DNA of 27,946 bases from Cyanobacteria bacterium J06626_4 (GCA_038523235.1 JBCBJQ010000074.1:1-27946); one strand, 5' to 3'; counted from the stretch's first letter, positions 9,130 through 19,465 are shown. Notes: a model not told the origin generated them from the letters alone. A program made the numbers and translations.

Positions 9130-9933
9130 ATGAAAGGACTCAAGGGTAAAACCGCAATTGTGACGGGTGCAAGCTCGGGCATTGGTCAATCGATCGCGAT
9201 TCGTCTTGCCCAAGAGGGCTGCCATGTCGCCATCAACTATCGCAGCGATTTAGAGGGGGCTCAGACGACTGAAACCGAAGCGCACAATCAAGCCAAGGCC
9301 GCTGGTTATGAGATTCAGACCCTGATCGTGCAGGCGGATGTTTCCAAAGTCGAGGCGATCTTAGCCATGATGGCAAAGGTCAACGAGGCCTGGGGTGACC
9401 TCGATATTCTGATCAACAATGCGGGCATTCAGATCGAGACGCCCTCCCACGAAGTCGAAACCGACGCCTTCGATAAGGTGATCGACGTCAATCTACGCGG
9501 CTCCTATCTGTGTGCCCGAGAGGCCATTCAACAGTTTCTCAAGCAAGAAAAACCCGGCGTCATCATCAACGTCTCTAGCGTTCATGAGGTGATCCCTCGG
9601 CCCCAATACATCAGCTACTCCATCAGTAAGGGCGGCATGGGCAACCTGACTCGCACCCTAGCGCTGGAATATGCTCGATCCGGTATTCGCGTCAACGCGA
9701 TCGCACCTGGCGCAACGATCACCCCGATCAACCAAGACTGGGTCGAAGATCCCGAAAAAAAAGCAGAGGTCAACAAACATATTCCGATGGGCCGCCCTGG
9801 AACATCAGAAGAGATGGCGGCCGCTACCGCTTTCTTGGTTTCCGAAGAGGCGACCTACATTACGGGACAAACCCTTTACATTGATGGGGGATTGACGCTT
9901 TACGCTGATTTCCGCGAACCCTGGTCAGCTTGA
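9130..9933 (+). CDS. gdh: Glucose 1-dehydrogenase-like SDR oxidoreductase
   Basis: Motifs TGASSGIG, NNAGI, SSVHE.IP.P, catalytic YSISK, IRVN.IAPG...TPIN and YITGQTL.IDGG.TLY, resembling Bacillus-type GDH. Start placed at ATG 9130 (MKGLKGK). Confidence 0.8.
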   Translation: MKGLKGKTAIVTGASSGIGQSIAIRLAQEGCHVAINYRSDLEGAQTTETEAHNQAKAAGYEIQTLIVQADVSKVEAILAMMAKVNEAWGDLDILINNAGIQIETPSHEVETDAFDKVIDVNLRGSYLCAREAIQQFLKQEKPGVIINVSSVHEVIPRPQYISYSISKGGMGNLTRTLALEYARSGIRVNAIAPGATITPINQDWVEDPEKKAEVNKHIPMGRPGTSEEMAAATAFLVSEEATYITGQTLYIDGGLTLYADFREPWSA

Positions 9934-9952
9934 GCTTACGAGTCGCCAAACC

Positions 9953-10864
9953 ATGCCTGCTTCGCCCCTGCCTGAAAATGTGTTAGCCGTTCGTGCCCGG
10001 TTAGGTGAGGGACCAGTCTGGGACGATCACCGTCAGGTGCTCCACTGGGTCGATATCTACAACCGTCGAGTCCACACCTTTGATCCCGCGACCGGCCAAG
10101 ATGACGTTATTGAGGTTGCGGCCCTGGTGAGCGGTCTGTTTATTGTCGATGGTCAACACCTGGTACTGGCCCAAGAGAACGGCCTCAGCACACTAGATTT
10201 AGCCACCGCACAAACAACTCCCCTCATCTCGATTGAAGCCGATCAGCCAGATAATCGGCTGAATGATGTGCGGTGCGATCGTCAAGGACGACTCTGGGTC
10301 GGCACGATGAATAATCACGATCAGCCCGCCGCTAATCTGTACCGCTATGATCTCGACGGTTCACTTCACGTCATGGAAACGGGGCTCTCAATCTCTAATG
10401 GATTGGGCTGGAGCCCCGATCAAACCACGTTTTACCTGACCGACTCGCCTCGCCAAGTCATCGATGCTTACACCTTTGACGTCGCCAGCGGACAAGTCAG
10501 TAACCGCTGTACTCACGTCGATTTGACCCATGAGTCGTTTTATCCTGATGGACTCACCATTGATGCCGAAGGGTGCCTCTGGAGCGCCATGTGGAACGGT
10601 TGGTGCGTCATTCGGTTTGACCCCCAGGGCCAAGAGATGATGCGGGTGCCATTGCCCGTCCCCCTCGTGACGTCTTGCACCTTTGGCGGGCCCAACCTCA
10701 CCGACCTGTTTATCACCACCGCCTCGGCGGGGTTGAGTCAAGCCGAGCTAGGTAAAAGCGTCGCGGCAGGCGACCTATTTTGTTTATCCACCGATGTCAA
10801 AGGGTTGCCAAGCGATCGCTATGCCCTAGCCTCCAGCGGTAGCAGGACACAACTCCCAGAGTAA
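9953..10864 (+). CDS. SMP-30/gluconolactonase/LRE family protein
   Basis: Motifs LGEGPVW, WVDI, NRLND..D..GRLW.GTM, SNGLGWSPD, PDG..IDAEG.LW and TS..FGG; begins 19 nt after the SDR gene. Confidence 0.92.
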   Translation: MPASPLPENVLAVRARLGEGPVWDDHRQVLHWVDIYNRRVHTFDPATGQDDVIEVAALVSGLFIVDGQHLVLAQENGLSTLDLATAQTTPLISIEADQPDNRLNDVRCDRQGRLWVGTMNNHDQPAANLYRYDLDGSLHVMETGLSISNGLGWSPDQTTFYLTDSPRQVIDAYTFDVASGQVSNRCTHVDLTHESFYPDGLTIDAEGCLWSAMWNGWCVIRFDPQGQEMMRVPLPVPLVTSCTFGGPNLTDLFITTASAGLSQAELGKSVAAGDLFCLSTDVKGLPSDRYALASSGSRTQLPE

Positions 10865-10871
10865 AGAGGAC

Positions 10872-10900
10872 TTGTCTAGTCAGGATGGCCGGTGTAATAT
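10872..10900 (+). promoter_or_regulatory. Sigma70-type promoter for rpmI-rplT
   Basis: TTGTCT (10872-10877), 17-nt spacer, TAATAT (10895-10900). Confidence 0.6.
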
Positions 10901-10932
10901 AAAAGACTGTGTCGAAAAAGGAAAACGTCGTT

Positions 10933-11130
10933 ATGCCAAAGCTCAAAACCCGCCGGTCAGCTGCCAAGCGTTTCAAGCGTACGGGCACTGGCAAGTTTGT
11001 GCGCCGTAAAGCTTTTCGGAATCACCTGCTAGACAAGAAAAAAACCAAGCGCAAAGTCCGGTTAGGGCAGAAAGCCGTCGTCGTTGATGCCGATGCGCAG
11101 AACGTTGAATTGATGATGCCCTACTCCTAA
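10933..11130 (+). CDS. rpmI: 50S ribosomal protein L35
   Basis: [28 protein letters not shown]; start at ATG 10933. Confidence 0.98.
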   Translation: MPKLKTRRSAAKRFKRTGTGKFVRRKAFRNHLLDKKKTKRKVRLGQKAVVVDADAQNVELMMPYS

Positions 11131-11241
11131 GCCGCTGGGGTAGAAAGGCAAGAACATCGTCACTGCATCTGACGTTCACTCCGGTCTTCGCACACAGATT
11201 TCAGCAATAGACAGTACTTGTAAACAGAAGGGTTAGAAACA

Positions 11242-11592
11242 ATGGCACGGGTAAAGCGCGGTAATGTCGCCCGCAAACGCCGCAAGAAGGTTTTGAAGCT
11301 GGCGAAAGGGTTCCGAGGATCCCACTCCAAACTCTTTCGCACAGCAAATCAGCAGGTGATGAAGGCACTGCGATATGCCTATCGCGATCGCCGTCGCCGT
11401 AAGCGTGATTTTCGTCGTCTGTGGATTACTCGCATCAACGCGGCAGCGCGACTGCAGGGCATGAGCTACAGTCGCCTGATTGGGCAGCTCAAAAAGTCCA
11501 ACGTTGAAATCAACCGCAAAATGTTGGCCCAAATGGCGGTCTTAGACCCTGAAGGTTTTAACAAAGTAGTTGAAATTGCCAGCAAGGCATAA
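11242..11592 (+). CDS. rplT: 50S ribosomal protein L20
   Basis: MARVKRG..AR.RRKK..KLAKG.RG, YRDRR.RKR.FR.LWI.RINAA and NRKMLA. Confidence 0.99.
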   Translation: MARVKRGNVARKRRKKVLKLAKGFRGSHSKLFRTANQQVMKALRYAYRDRRRRKRDFRRLWITRINAAARLQGMSYSRLIGQLKKSNVEINRKMLAQMAVLDPEGFNKVVEIASKA

Positions 11593-11622
11593 ACTTTTGG
11601 GGTAGGTCAGTTAGCGAACGAA

Positions 11623-12393
11623 ATGCGTTTTTCGCTTTTAAGTTTCGGCATATTGCTGGGGGTGCATTTGGCTGCACCCCCAGTTGTTTTTTCTGCAGAT
11701 TTGGAAACGATTCAGGCGCGGGGCTATTTAATTATCGCCGTCAAAGACGACTGGCGGCCTCTCGGCTATACCGACGACGCGGGTAACCTCGTCGGGTTTG
11801 AAATTGATATTGCTCGTCAACTCGCAGAAGCGCTATTCGGTGATGCCACAGCAGTCGAGTTGCGTCCCGTCGCGAACCCAGATCGCATTCCAGCCGTGCT
11901 GAACGATGACGTCGATATCGCCATTGCTAACCTGTCGATCACACCGATGCGAGAACGGGTTGTCAGCTTTAGCACCCCCTATTACCTTGACGGGACGGCT
12001 TTCGTCACTCGCGATCCCCAAGTTCAGGGCATCACTGATCTAGCACAGCAGGCGATCGCCCTGATCGAAGGGTCCGAAGCCGTCGCCCATGTCAACTATC
12101 TCCTACCAGCGGCCACTCTCGTGGGGGTCCCTTCCTACGAAGCTGCTTACACCACCATTGAGAACGGTGACGTCAGCGCGTTCGCCGCCGATGTCACGGT
12201 GCTCAGCGGCTGGGTACAAGAGTATCCCGACTACCAGCTGCTACCCACGGTGCTGACCGCCGAGCCCTTGGCCGTCGTGCTGCCTAAGGGGAATCAGCAT
12301 CTCACCCTCCGCACCTTTGTTAATGAGACGATTAATCAGTGGCACGAAACCGGCTGGTTAGAAACGCAAGCGACCTATTGGGGCTTACCGTAA
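11623..12393 (+). CDS. Amino-acid ABC transporter substrate-binding protein (family 3)
   Basis: N-terminal signal peptide; I..RG.L..AVK, GFEIDIAR, RI.A...D.VDIAIA..SITP.R...V.FS.PY. Confidence 0.88.
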   Translation: MRFSLLSFGILLGVHLAAPPVVFSADLETIQARGYLIIAVKDDWRPLGYTDDAGNLVGFEIDIARQLAEALFGDATAVELRPVANPDRIPAVLNDDVDIAIANLSITPMRERVVSFSTPYYLDGTAFVTRDPQVQGITDLAQQAIALIEGSEAVAHVNYLLPAATLVGVPSYEAAYTTIENGDVSAFAADVTVLSGWVQEYPDYQLLPTVLTAEPLAVVLPKGNQHLTLRTFVNETINQWHETGWLETQATYWGLP

Positions 12394-12588
12394 GTCAAGC
12401 CAGCTGCAGAACGTTGTTCAATCGATGAAAGTCTGTAGGCCAGTTTTCTCCCCCTCAGCCGTTCATCAGATCGCCCCTTGATCTACATAGCTTCACAAAC
12501 CTCAGGGCTTTGATAATGAAGGGGTTAAGCGTGTCAAGATAGTGAAGATAGAACACTATTTTCGAGTTGGATTTTTGATCTCGGTGAT

Positions 12589-13128
12589 ATGGAAGATACC
12601 AATCTGCTGTTGACCTATTTAGTCACTCTGCTGGTTTTGCTCGGTGTGGCAGCCGTCCTGGTTTTTCGTCAGGTTTACAAAACCCGACGGGTCGAAGGCA
12701 CCCTCAGCCGCTTGCAAGCCAAATTAACCAAAGAGAAAGGCACAGCCCAAGAGCACTATGAATTGGGTAGTCTGATGCTCGATAAGAAACTCTACTCCCA
12801 GGCCATCATTCATCTCAAACAAGCGCTCAAACTGTTAGATAAAGAAGAATCCGAAAAAGCCGCCATGATCTACAATGCGCTGGGATTTTCGTATTTTGCG
12901 CAAGAGCAATATGACGTCGCCATCCGGCAATATAAAGAAGCGTTGGATATCGCACCTGGCTATGTCACGGCACTCAACAACTTGGGCCACAGCTATGAGC
13001 GCAAGCAGCTGATTGCTCAATCTCTAGAATCTTACGAAAAAGCGCTAGAGTATGAGCCCAGCAACAAGACTGCCAAGCGACGGGCCGACTCTTTGCGCAA
13101 GCGGTTGGCACCCGCCAGTCCAGAATAG
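12589..13128 (+). CDS. ycf37: TPR membrane protein, Ycf37/Pyg7-like photosystem I assembly factor
   Basis: N-terminal TM helix followed by three TPR-like repeats (HYELG, YNALGFSYF, NNLGHSY); rpmI-rplT-SBP-ycf37 order is typical of cyanobacteria. Confidence 0.82.
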   Translation: MEDTNLLLTYLVTLLVLLGVAAVLVFRQVYKTRRVEGTLSRLQAKLTKEKGTAQEHYELGSLMLDKKLYSQAIIHLKQALKLLDKEESEKAAMIYNALGFSYFAQEQYDVAIRQYKEALDIAPGYVTALNNLGHSYERKQLIAQSLESYEKALEYEPSNKTAKRRADSLRKRLAPASPE

Positions 13129-13175
13129 GTGGTTAGGAACGGTTGCCATCGGGTGGGGCTGAGAGCCTAGCTGAC

Positions 13176-13469
13176 TTAACTATCACGGTTAGTTTTACGG
13201 CGATACATTAGACTCTTTTGATTCGCGGCAAAGCAAGCCGAGGGCTGAGCGAGAAAAGTATGACCAAGGGCGATCGCGGCGGTGAGTTGCGCTGAAGTCA
13301 TGTTCTTATAAGCCGGTCTTTTAATCGCTCGATACCATTCACAGCCGCAAACATTGTCCAAGATAATTCTGGCGAAACAATGATTGAAGCGCACTGGATA
13401 TCGCTGCTGCTGAGCGGCTTGCGGTAACTGGTGATTGACCAAGTCGAGATATTGCTCGGTCAGAGTCAT
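13176..13469 (-). CDS. Small conserved hypothetical protein (97 aa)
   Basis: ATG at 13469 (MTLTEQY); motif YPVRFNHCFARIILDN..G..W...I.RPAY...L..AI resembles a small bacterial hypothetical family. Confidence 0.65.
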   Translation of the reverse strand: MTLTEQYLDLVNHQLPQAAQQQRYPVRFNHCFARIILDNVCGCEWYRAIKRPAYKNMTSAQLTAAIALGHTFLAQPSACFAANQKSLMYRRKTNRDS

Positions 13470-13732
13470 GTGAGACGTTTGCACCTTCAAGGGCCCGATT
13501 CATCTGCTTTAAATTTAACGCTTTAGCCAGCCGAGCTGGAATCGCGGTGGCTGTGACAGCCCATGCGGGACGGGCAAGCTCTACGGCATGAGAAAGCTGA
13601 ACGGATGGTGGGTCAAACCATCTGGGTGAACGCATCAAACTGCGACTTGCGCGATCGCCTCAAAACGAGGTCGCCGTTGGCATAATTAAATGAACGGTTA
13701 CGCCCCGCTGAACTGTCTAAGAGTCTTTAGTG

Positions 13733-14824
13733 ATGTCTGACCCGTCGCCGCTCAAGCCTTCCCGCCGTAACTTACTGCAGTTGCTGGGGCTGGCCGGTGG
13801 GGCTGCCCTGGTGGCCCCGCTAACTCGAGGATGGTGGCAAGACGCTTCAGCCACAGCTACGATTCCTTCGCAAACTTCCTTTGGCACTTTGCCTCAAGCC
13901 ACGCCGCTAGCGGCGGCCAACCTCAGCCCTCATCGAGTCGCGCTGATCAAAACTAATGATCGGGCAGCGGGGGTGCGTCAGGCGATCGCCCTGTTGCAAC
14001 CCCCGAGCTTTAGCGGCAAGCGCGTTTTTATCAAACCTAATTACAACACCGGCGATCCTGCCCCGGCGGCCACCGCCCCGGTCGTTCTAGAAACGCTAGT
14101 GCAAACCACACGGGACGCGGGGGCTAGCCAAATTATTGTCGGCGATCGCTCTGGCATGGCCGATACCCGTTCAGCCATGCGGCAAATGCAGGTGTTTGCC
14201 TTGGCCGACCGCTATGGTTTTACCCCTCTAGTATTTGACGAGTTGGGGCGCGAGGGCTGGCAGTATTTTTCGGGAGAGGGGACAAATTGGGCTCAGGGAT
14301 TCGCGATCGCTCGGCCAGTTTTAGACGCTGACGCCATTGTGAACGTCTGCTGCTTAAAAACCCATCGCTTTGGCGGTCACTTTACCCTGTCACTCAAAAA
14401 TACGATTGGGATGGTGGCCCGCCGTGTACCCGGTGATGGCCACGACTACATGCGAGAACTGCACAGTTCGGCTAATCAGCGGCTGATGATCGCTGAAGTC
14501 AATCAGGCCTATCGGCCTTCACTGATTGTCATTGACGGGGTGGATGCATTTGTCTCCGGTGGCCCCGCCGAAGGCGAAAAAGTCAACGCGGGCGTCATGC
14601 TAGCCAGTACTGATCGCGTCGCTATTGATGCGGTTGGCATTGCCATCTTGCGCCGACTAGGTACCACCCAAGCGGTATCAGACGGCTCGATCTGGAGCCA
14701 GACCCAGATTCGCCGAGCGGCGGATTTAGGCTTAGGGGCCGCTCACGCAGCAGCGGTGGAATTAGTCACTCAGGATAGTGCCAGTGCTGAAATGGCTGAC
14801 CAGATTCGCCCTTTTTTAACTTGA
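13733..14824 (+). CDS. DUF362 domain protein with twin-arginine (Tat) signal
   Basis: SRRNLL plus hydrophobic stretch; DUF362 motifs VFIKPN, VGDRSG, LKTH.FGG..TLSLKN.IG and D.VAIDA. Confidence 0.85.
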   Translation: MSDPSPLKPSRRNLLQLLGLAGGAALVAPLTRGWWQDASATATIPSQTSFGTLPQATPLAAANLSPHRVALIKTNDRAAGVRQAIALLQPPSFSGKRVFIKPNYNTGDPAPAATAPVVLETLVQTTRDAGASQIIVGDRSGMADTRSAMRQMQVFALADRYGFTPLVFDELGREGWQYFSGEGTNWAQGFAIARPVLDADAIVNVCCLKTHRFGGHFTLSLKNTIGMVARRVPGDGHDYMRELHSSANQRLMIAEVNQAYRPSLIVIDGVDAFVSGGPAEGEKVNAGVMLASTDRVAIDAVGIAILRRLGTTQAVSDGSIWSQTQIRRAADLGLGAAHAAAVELVTQDSASAEMADQIRPFLT

Positions 14825-14945
14825 TTTTAGGTTGAGTCAGCTGTGGGTGAATGCCTGATCCCATGGCGGGGGATCACATTAATTACCCCTTAAATGGTTA
14901 GGAATTGGCCGTCAAAATTTGGCCACGACCGATCCACGTCAAGGC

Positions 14946-15740
14946 TCACAGCCAGCCGCGCAAACGATAAATAGCGAAGCCAATGTATTCCTTAATGGCC
15001 CGACTGGTGTCCTCTAGATTTTTAGCATCAGGCAGCGAATTGAGCACAAACGCCTGGGGAGTACCGCGCTTTTGACTAAAAAAGCCTTGCACCACTAAAA
15101 AATCAGTGGGCGCAGCGATCGCGTTAATGCCCTGCTTTTGGAAGATCGCGAGTGATCGCGGCATGTGAATCGCCGATGTGACTAGCAAAATTTGATTCAG
15201 TCCTGCTTGCTCTAAAATCTCCTTCACATTGACGGCATTTTGATAGGTATTGAGAGAGGTCGAATCCAGCCAAATGTCAGACTCTGGTACCCCCATAGCC
15301 ATGGCGATTTGGGCCATATCCTCCGCTTCAGAAGCGCCGCCTTTTTTCCAGTTAATGCGACCACCGCTCAAAATCACCCTGGGAGCTTTGCCCGCTTTGT
15401 AGAGCTGCGCGCCATGTAGCACGCGATCACCCGCTTCTTTGACATCGACCCAGGGGCGCGGCTCAATCGCCGCCCGAGTACTCCCGCCCAACACGACAAT
15501 CGCCTCAGCTAACGGTACTGGCTCTGGGGGCAGATTGCGCCATTCCAAAGATTGCACCAAGCTCCCTGCGACCCAGGTATTACCGCTGATCAGCAAAATC
15601 CCCAGGGCGATCGCGGTACTGACCAAGGCGCGACCCCGCCGCTTTCGCCAAATCCACCACAGGGTCAACACCAGCAAAAGCGTTGCCAGCCCCACGGGAT
15701 AAATCAGGAGTGGCAGCAGTTTCGATAAGAATATGAACAT
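14946..15740 (-). CDS. YdcF/ElyC (DUF218) family membrane protein
   Basis: Two N-terminal TM helices; AIVVLGG, DRV..G..LY, LSGG, SEA..M, S.NT.QNA and LLVTSA.HMPRS. Confidence 0.9.
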   Translation of the reverse strand: MFIFLSKLLPLLIYPVGLATLLLVLTLWWIWRKRRGRALVSTAIALGILLISGNTWVAGSLVQSLEWRNLPPEPVPLAEAIVVLGGSTRAAIEPRPWVDVKEAGDRVLHGAQLYKAGKAPRVILSGGRINWKKGGASEAEDMAQIAMAMGVPESDIWLDSTSLNTYQNAVNVKEILEQAGLNQILLVTSAIHMPRSLAIFQKQGINAIAAPTDFLVVQGFFSQKRGTPQAFVLNSLPDAKNLEDTSRAIKEYIGFAIYRLRGWL

Positions 15741-15997
15741 CTCAACACCTACAGCGGTATTCCAGGGCGTTCAGTACAAACGAGTTGAAACTAGGCATCA
15801 GGTTTAAGGTTCAAGCATACTCGGGGCTGGTTTACTCATTAAGGTCTGACGTATTGCCCCCTCTAATATGCCCGACTGGCTTTCAGTCCTCAAAGCTGGG
15901 AGGCTTTGAATTTGGCTTGCCCCAAACTGGAGGGATCAAGGGGCCACAGCCAGACTGAACGACATCAGTCCTGGGTTGCTTGGTTACAGTAAAAGCA

Positions 15998-16600
15998 TCA
16001 TTCAGACAGAGACTCTTGAGCCCGTCGCCGCCGCTCACGAAAGCGCCGTAGGCGCAGCCAACAGTACAGCGCCAGACCGATGACGAGGCTCAAAGCTAAA
16101 ACGGGCGCAAGAATTGCCAAGATCGACAACACCGCCGCCGACAGCAATTCCATGAATCCAAGCACGGGGCTAGCCAGACCAGCCGTGGTGCCAGCTGTAG
16201 CTAATCGAGTTAAGGCAGTTGCCCCTTCGACCAGTTCAGCCGTGCCGCCGCCCGCGATCGCTGCTGTGGTCCACAACATCACCGGGTTGATATCCCCTAC
16301 CATTGACAGGCTCAAGGCGGTCATCGCCATGCCCGCAATGGGAGCAGCAATTAACTCGACACTATCCAGGGCATTACTCACCCAAGGGGTAAAGTAGGCG
16401 GCCACTTCGAGCAGTGTTGCTATCCCCAGCGTGATAACGGTAATGGGATTGCCCAACCACTGCCAATCAGCGGCTGGGGTCACCGCACCCTGCATCGTTG
16501 CCAAGCTCATAGCAAAGGGGGGAACAAAGACCCGAAATCCGCAGGCCGCACTCAAGCCTAGGCCCAAACAAAGAGCCAGCACAATGTTTGCAGTATCCAT
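15998..16600 (-). CDS. DUF4126 family membrane protein
   Basis: LG.GLSAACGFRVF.P, WL.NP, ATLLE..AYF.PW..NALD, A.IAG; highly hydrophobic. Confidence 0.8.
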   Translation of the reverse strand: MDTANIVLALCLGLGLSAACGFRVFVPPFAMSLATMQGAVTPAADWQWLGNPITVITLGIATLLEVAAYFTPWVSNALDSVELIAAPIAGMAMTALSLSMVGDINPVMLWTTAAIAGGGTAELVEGATALTRLATAGTTAGLASPVLGFMELLSAAVLSILAILAPVLALSLVIGLALYCWLRLRRFRERRRRAQESLSE

Positions 16601-16870
16601 ACAAGCGTTAAATCAAAAAGACGCCAACCTAGAGACTAGGTTGGCAAAACTTGAAAGATTGACCCCGCTGTTCGCCGTCGCGTTCCATCCAGAGACAACC
16701 AACCTCTCGTCCAGCTTAAGTATTTGGCTTGATTTAGGCGGTATGACTGGCTCATGCCGATTCATAAAATCGCGTCTTTTTTAGGCTTTATTGCACTACC
16801 CTAATCAAGACTTTAATGAGAATTTTGAGGACTGTTTGGGGCCTTGCCATTCAGGCTCAACTACCCTCTT

Positions 16871-17269
16871 TTAAGAAACGGTCGAAAAGACGGGTAGCGG
16901 ACAGGTTTTTGGCATCGGCGGAATGGTGCAGGCGGTAGCAGTTTCGGGCACCCGCATCACGACTTCGCGGAAGACAGGAGCCTCAAAATATTGACAGCCG
17001 TGACAGGGACCAGTGGGATTCATCGCACAGCGGAGGTAGGGCGATCGCGCATTCATCTGGCAGGTAAAGTCGCCAATGACATACCCCAGACCTTCGACGT
17101 AGTTGAGGTCGCGATCGCGTTGAATGGCCGCCTTAAATCCACGCTGAGCAGCCACCGCCATTGCCCGGCCAAAATCTGCCTGGACGCGATCGCGAGCACG
17201 CAGACTAATCCAGGCAGAAATCAGCGCTGGGACTAAACTCAGACCAAAAACCAGCAGCACAATCAGCAT
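16871..17269 (-). CDS. DUF6464 family protein (N-terminal TM plus Cys-rich domain)
   Basis: GY.IGD.TC..NARSPYLRCA.NP.GPC..C..F, a cyanobacteria-typical motif. Confidence 0.75.
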   Translation of the reverse strand: MLIVLLVFGLSLVPALISAWISLRARDRVQADFGRAMAVAAQRGFKAAIQRDRDLNYVEGLGYVIGDFTCQMNARSPYLRCAMNPTGPCHGCQYFEAPVFREVVMRVPETATACTIPPMPKTCPLPVFSTVS

Positions 17270-17455
17270 AAAGACCCTATAAATTTCATCTCGGTTGTTG
17301 ATTGGTAAATCCTATCGTGATGACGAAAGTTTCTGGTCTCACCTTTATGTATTTGTAGTAATCTGCATGGATTTGCATGAAGTTATGAAAACATGCTCCC
17401 GAGCTGTCCTTGCTCTAGCTGCTGTCATGGTTCTCTACACCCCAACAGTCACAAC

Positions 17456-19258
17456 CTATTGAGCTTCGTCTTGAGGCTTAGGCTGATAGGTCGACGCAAC
17501 ATGAAGTTCTTTTAACTGTTTTTTGTCCACACTGGCGGGTGCCGACGTCAGCAAGCAGCGCGCTTGTTGAGTTTTGGGAAAGGCGATCGCATCACGAATC
17601 GACTCTTCACCAGCCATCAGCATGACCCAGCGATCAAGCCCGTAGGCAATGCCGCCGTGGGGGGGCGTGCCATATTCAAAGGCTTCCAGCAAAAAGCCGA
17701 ACTTGTCCTGCGCTTCGGCCTCTGACAGACCAATAGTGTCAAATACCTGTCGCTGCACCTCAGGCTGGTAGATGCGCAAGCTGCCGCCGCCAATCTCATA
17801 ACCGTTGAGCACTAAGTCATAGGCCTGAGCGCGAGCGGTTTTAAGATCATGTGCTTCTTCCGGTCGAGGAGCCGTGAAGGGGTGATGCAGCGCTTCGAGT
17901 CGCTGTTCATCCGCGTTCCACTCAAACATGGGGAAGTCAGTTACCCACAACAGGTTGAGCGCATCGTCAGGGATCAGATTCATTTCTTTGGCGATCGCCT
18001 GCCGCACTCGATCCAGCGTGGCATTGACCACGTCACTCGGGCCAGCGCCAAACAGCAGTAGCGTACCGGGCTGGGCACCGGTGCGCTGTAGCAGCTCTTC
18101 CGTCTGAGCTGGCGTTAAGTTGTCCTTGATTGCCCCAATCGTATCGATGCCGCCGTTCTCCCGCACGCGGATATAGGCTAAGCCCTTAGCCCCGGCGGCG
18201 GCGGCCACCTTAAACAGGTCGCCGCCCGGCTTGATGCGCACGTTTGAGATGACGTCGTTGCCATCGGGAATCGGCAACACCTTCACCATGCCCCCTGATT
18301 TCACCGCGCCAGAAAATACCTTGAAGCCCGAGTCGGCCACCAGGTCAGACACCTCAACCAGCTCTAAGCCATAGCGCGTGTCGGGTTTATCGCTGCCATA
18401 GCGATCCATCGCTTCGGCATAGGTGAGGCGGGCAAAGGGCCGCGAGACCTCGATTCCTTTCACCGTTTTGAAGACGTGACAGACCAAGCGCTCGTTCAAA
18501 TCGAGAATTTCTTCTTGACTGAGAAAACTCATCTCCATATCGAGTTGAGTAAACTCTGGTTGGCGATCGGCCCGCAGATCTTCATCCCGAAAACAGCGGG
18601 CGATTTGATAGTAGCGATCGACGCCGGACACCATGAGCAACTGTTTGAACAGCTGTGGTGACTGGGGCAGCGCAAACCATTCCCCTGGGTTAACCCGGGA
18701 GGGCAAAATGAAATCGCGTGCCCCTTCTGGCGTGGAGCGGGTCAAAATCGGCGTTTCCACTTCCATAAAGCTTTCGGCATCTTCCAGAAAGCGGCGAATC
18801 GCCTTGATGACGGCGTGGCGAGTCTGCAAATTTTGGGCCATGCGATCGCGGCGCAGGTCTAAATAGCGATAGCGGAGCCGCAGTTCTTCTCGTACCGACT
18901 CGGACTCTGCCGTCGACACCTGAAACGGCAGCTGTTTGCGAACGGCATTGAGCAATTCAATTTCGTCGGCGTAAATTTCCACCTGGCCAGTCGGCAGCTT
19001 CTCGTTGAGCGACGCAGCGGGCCGCTGGCTGACAGTGCCGCGAATGCGCACGACGTATTCATTGCGCAGGTCATTGGCCGTGCCAAACGACTCCGGCGTC
19101 CGCTCAGGATCGCTGACAATTTGCACCACGCCGGTGCGATCGCGCAAATCCACAAAAATCACGCCCCCGTGGTCGCGACGGCGATCAACCCAACCAAATA
19201 GGGTGACCGTCTCTCCGATATCGATGGCTCTGGGGTGGCCGCAGTAATGGGTACGCAT
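17456..19258 (-). CDS. aspS: Aspartate--tRNA ligase
   Basis: Motifs [71 protein letters not shown] and PPHGGIA.GLDR. Confidence 0.98.
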   Translation of the reverse strand: MRTHYCGHPRAIDIGETVTLFGWVDRRRDHGGVIFVDLRDRTGVVQIVSDPERTPESFGTANDLRNEYVVRIRGTVSQRPAASLNEKLPTGQVEIYADEIELLNAVRKQLPFQVSTAESESVREELRLRYRYLDLRRDRMAQNLQTRHAVIKAIRRFLEDAESFMEVETPILTRSTPEGARDFILPSRVNPGEWFALPQSPQLFKQLLMVSGVDRYYQIARCFRDEDLRADRQPEFTQLDMEMSFLSQEEILDLNERLVCHVFKTVKGIEVSRPFARLTYAEAMDRYGSDKPDTRYGLELVEVSDLVADSGFKVFSGAVKSGGMVKVLPIPDGNDVISNVRIKPGGDLFKVAAAAGAKGLAYIRVRENGGIDTIGAIKDNLTPAQTEELLQRTGAQPGTLLLFGAGPSDVVNATLDRVRQAIAKEMNLIPDDALNLLWVTDFPMFEWNADEQRLEALHHPFTAPRPEEAHDLKTARAQAYDLVLNGYEIGGGSLRIYQPEVQRQVFDTIGLSEAEAQDKFGFLLEAFEYGTPPHGGIAYGLDRWVMLMAGEESIRDAIAFPKTQQARCLLTSAPASVDKKQLKELHVASTYQPKPQDEAQ

Positions 19259-19465
19259 GGTTTCGCTAGGTGCTGGCTAAACGCGAGAAGTCGCTACAAA
19301 ACCCTCTTATTATCTAGGATTGTGCAACCAGTGACACAGGTTAGTCGTCGCTCTTGCGACTGCAGCTACAAAGTTAGTTTTTTTTAAGTGACAAGTCAGC
19401 CCCTGATGTTTGGCAAAAAGGTCGGTCAGTGGGTCATCTCACTGATTCTCATCCCTCGTGGCCAT

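Noticed and set aside
8725..9225. 166-aa minus-strand ORF and the many other 60-130-aa shadow ORFs
   Set aside because: They overlap well-supported genes in other frames and have low-information composition.
10901..11241. L20 autoregulatory leader RNA
   Set aside because: The implied rpmI leader is only about 25 nt, and I saw no convincing structure in the rpmI-rplT spacer.
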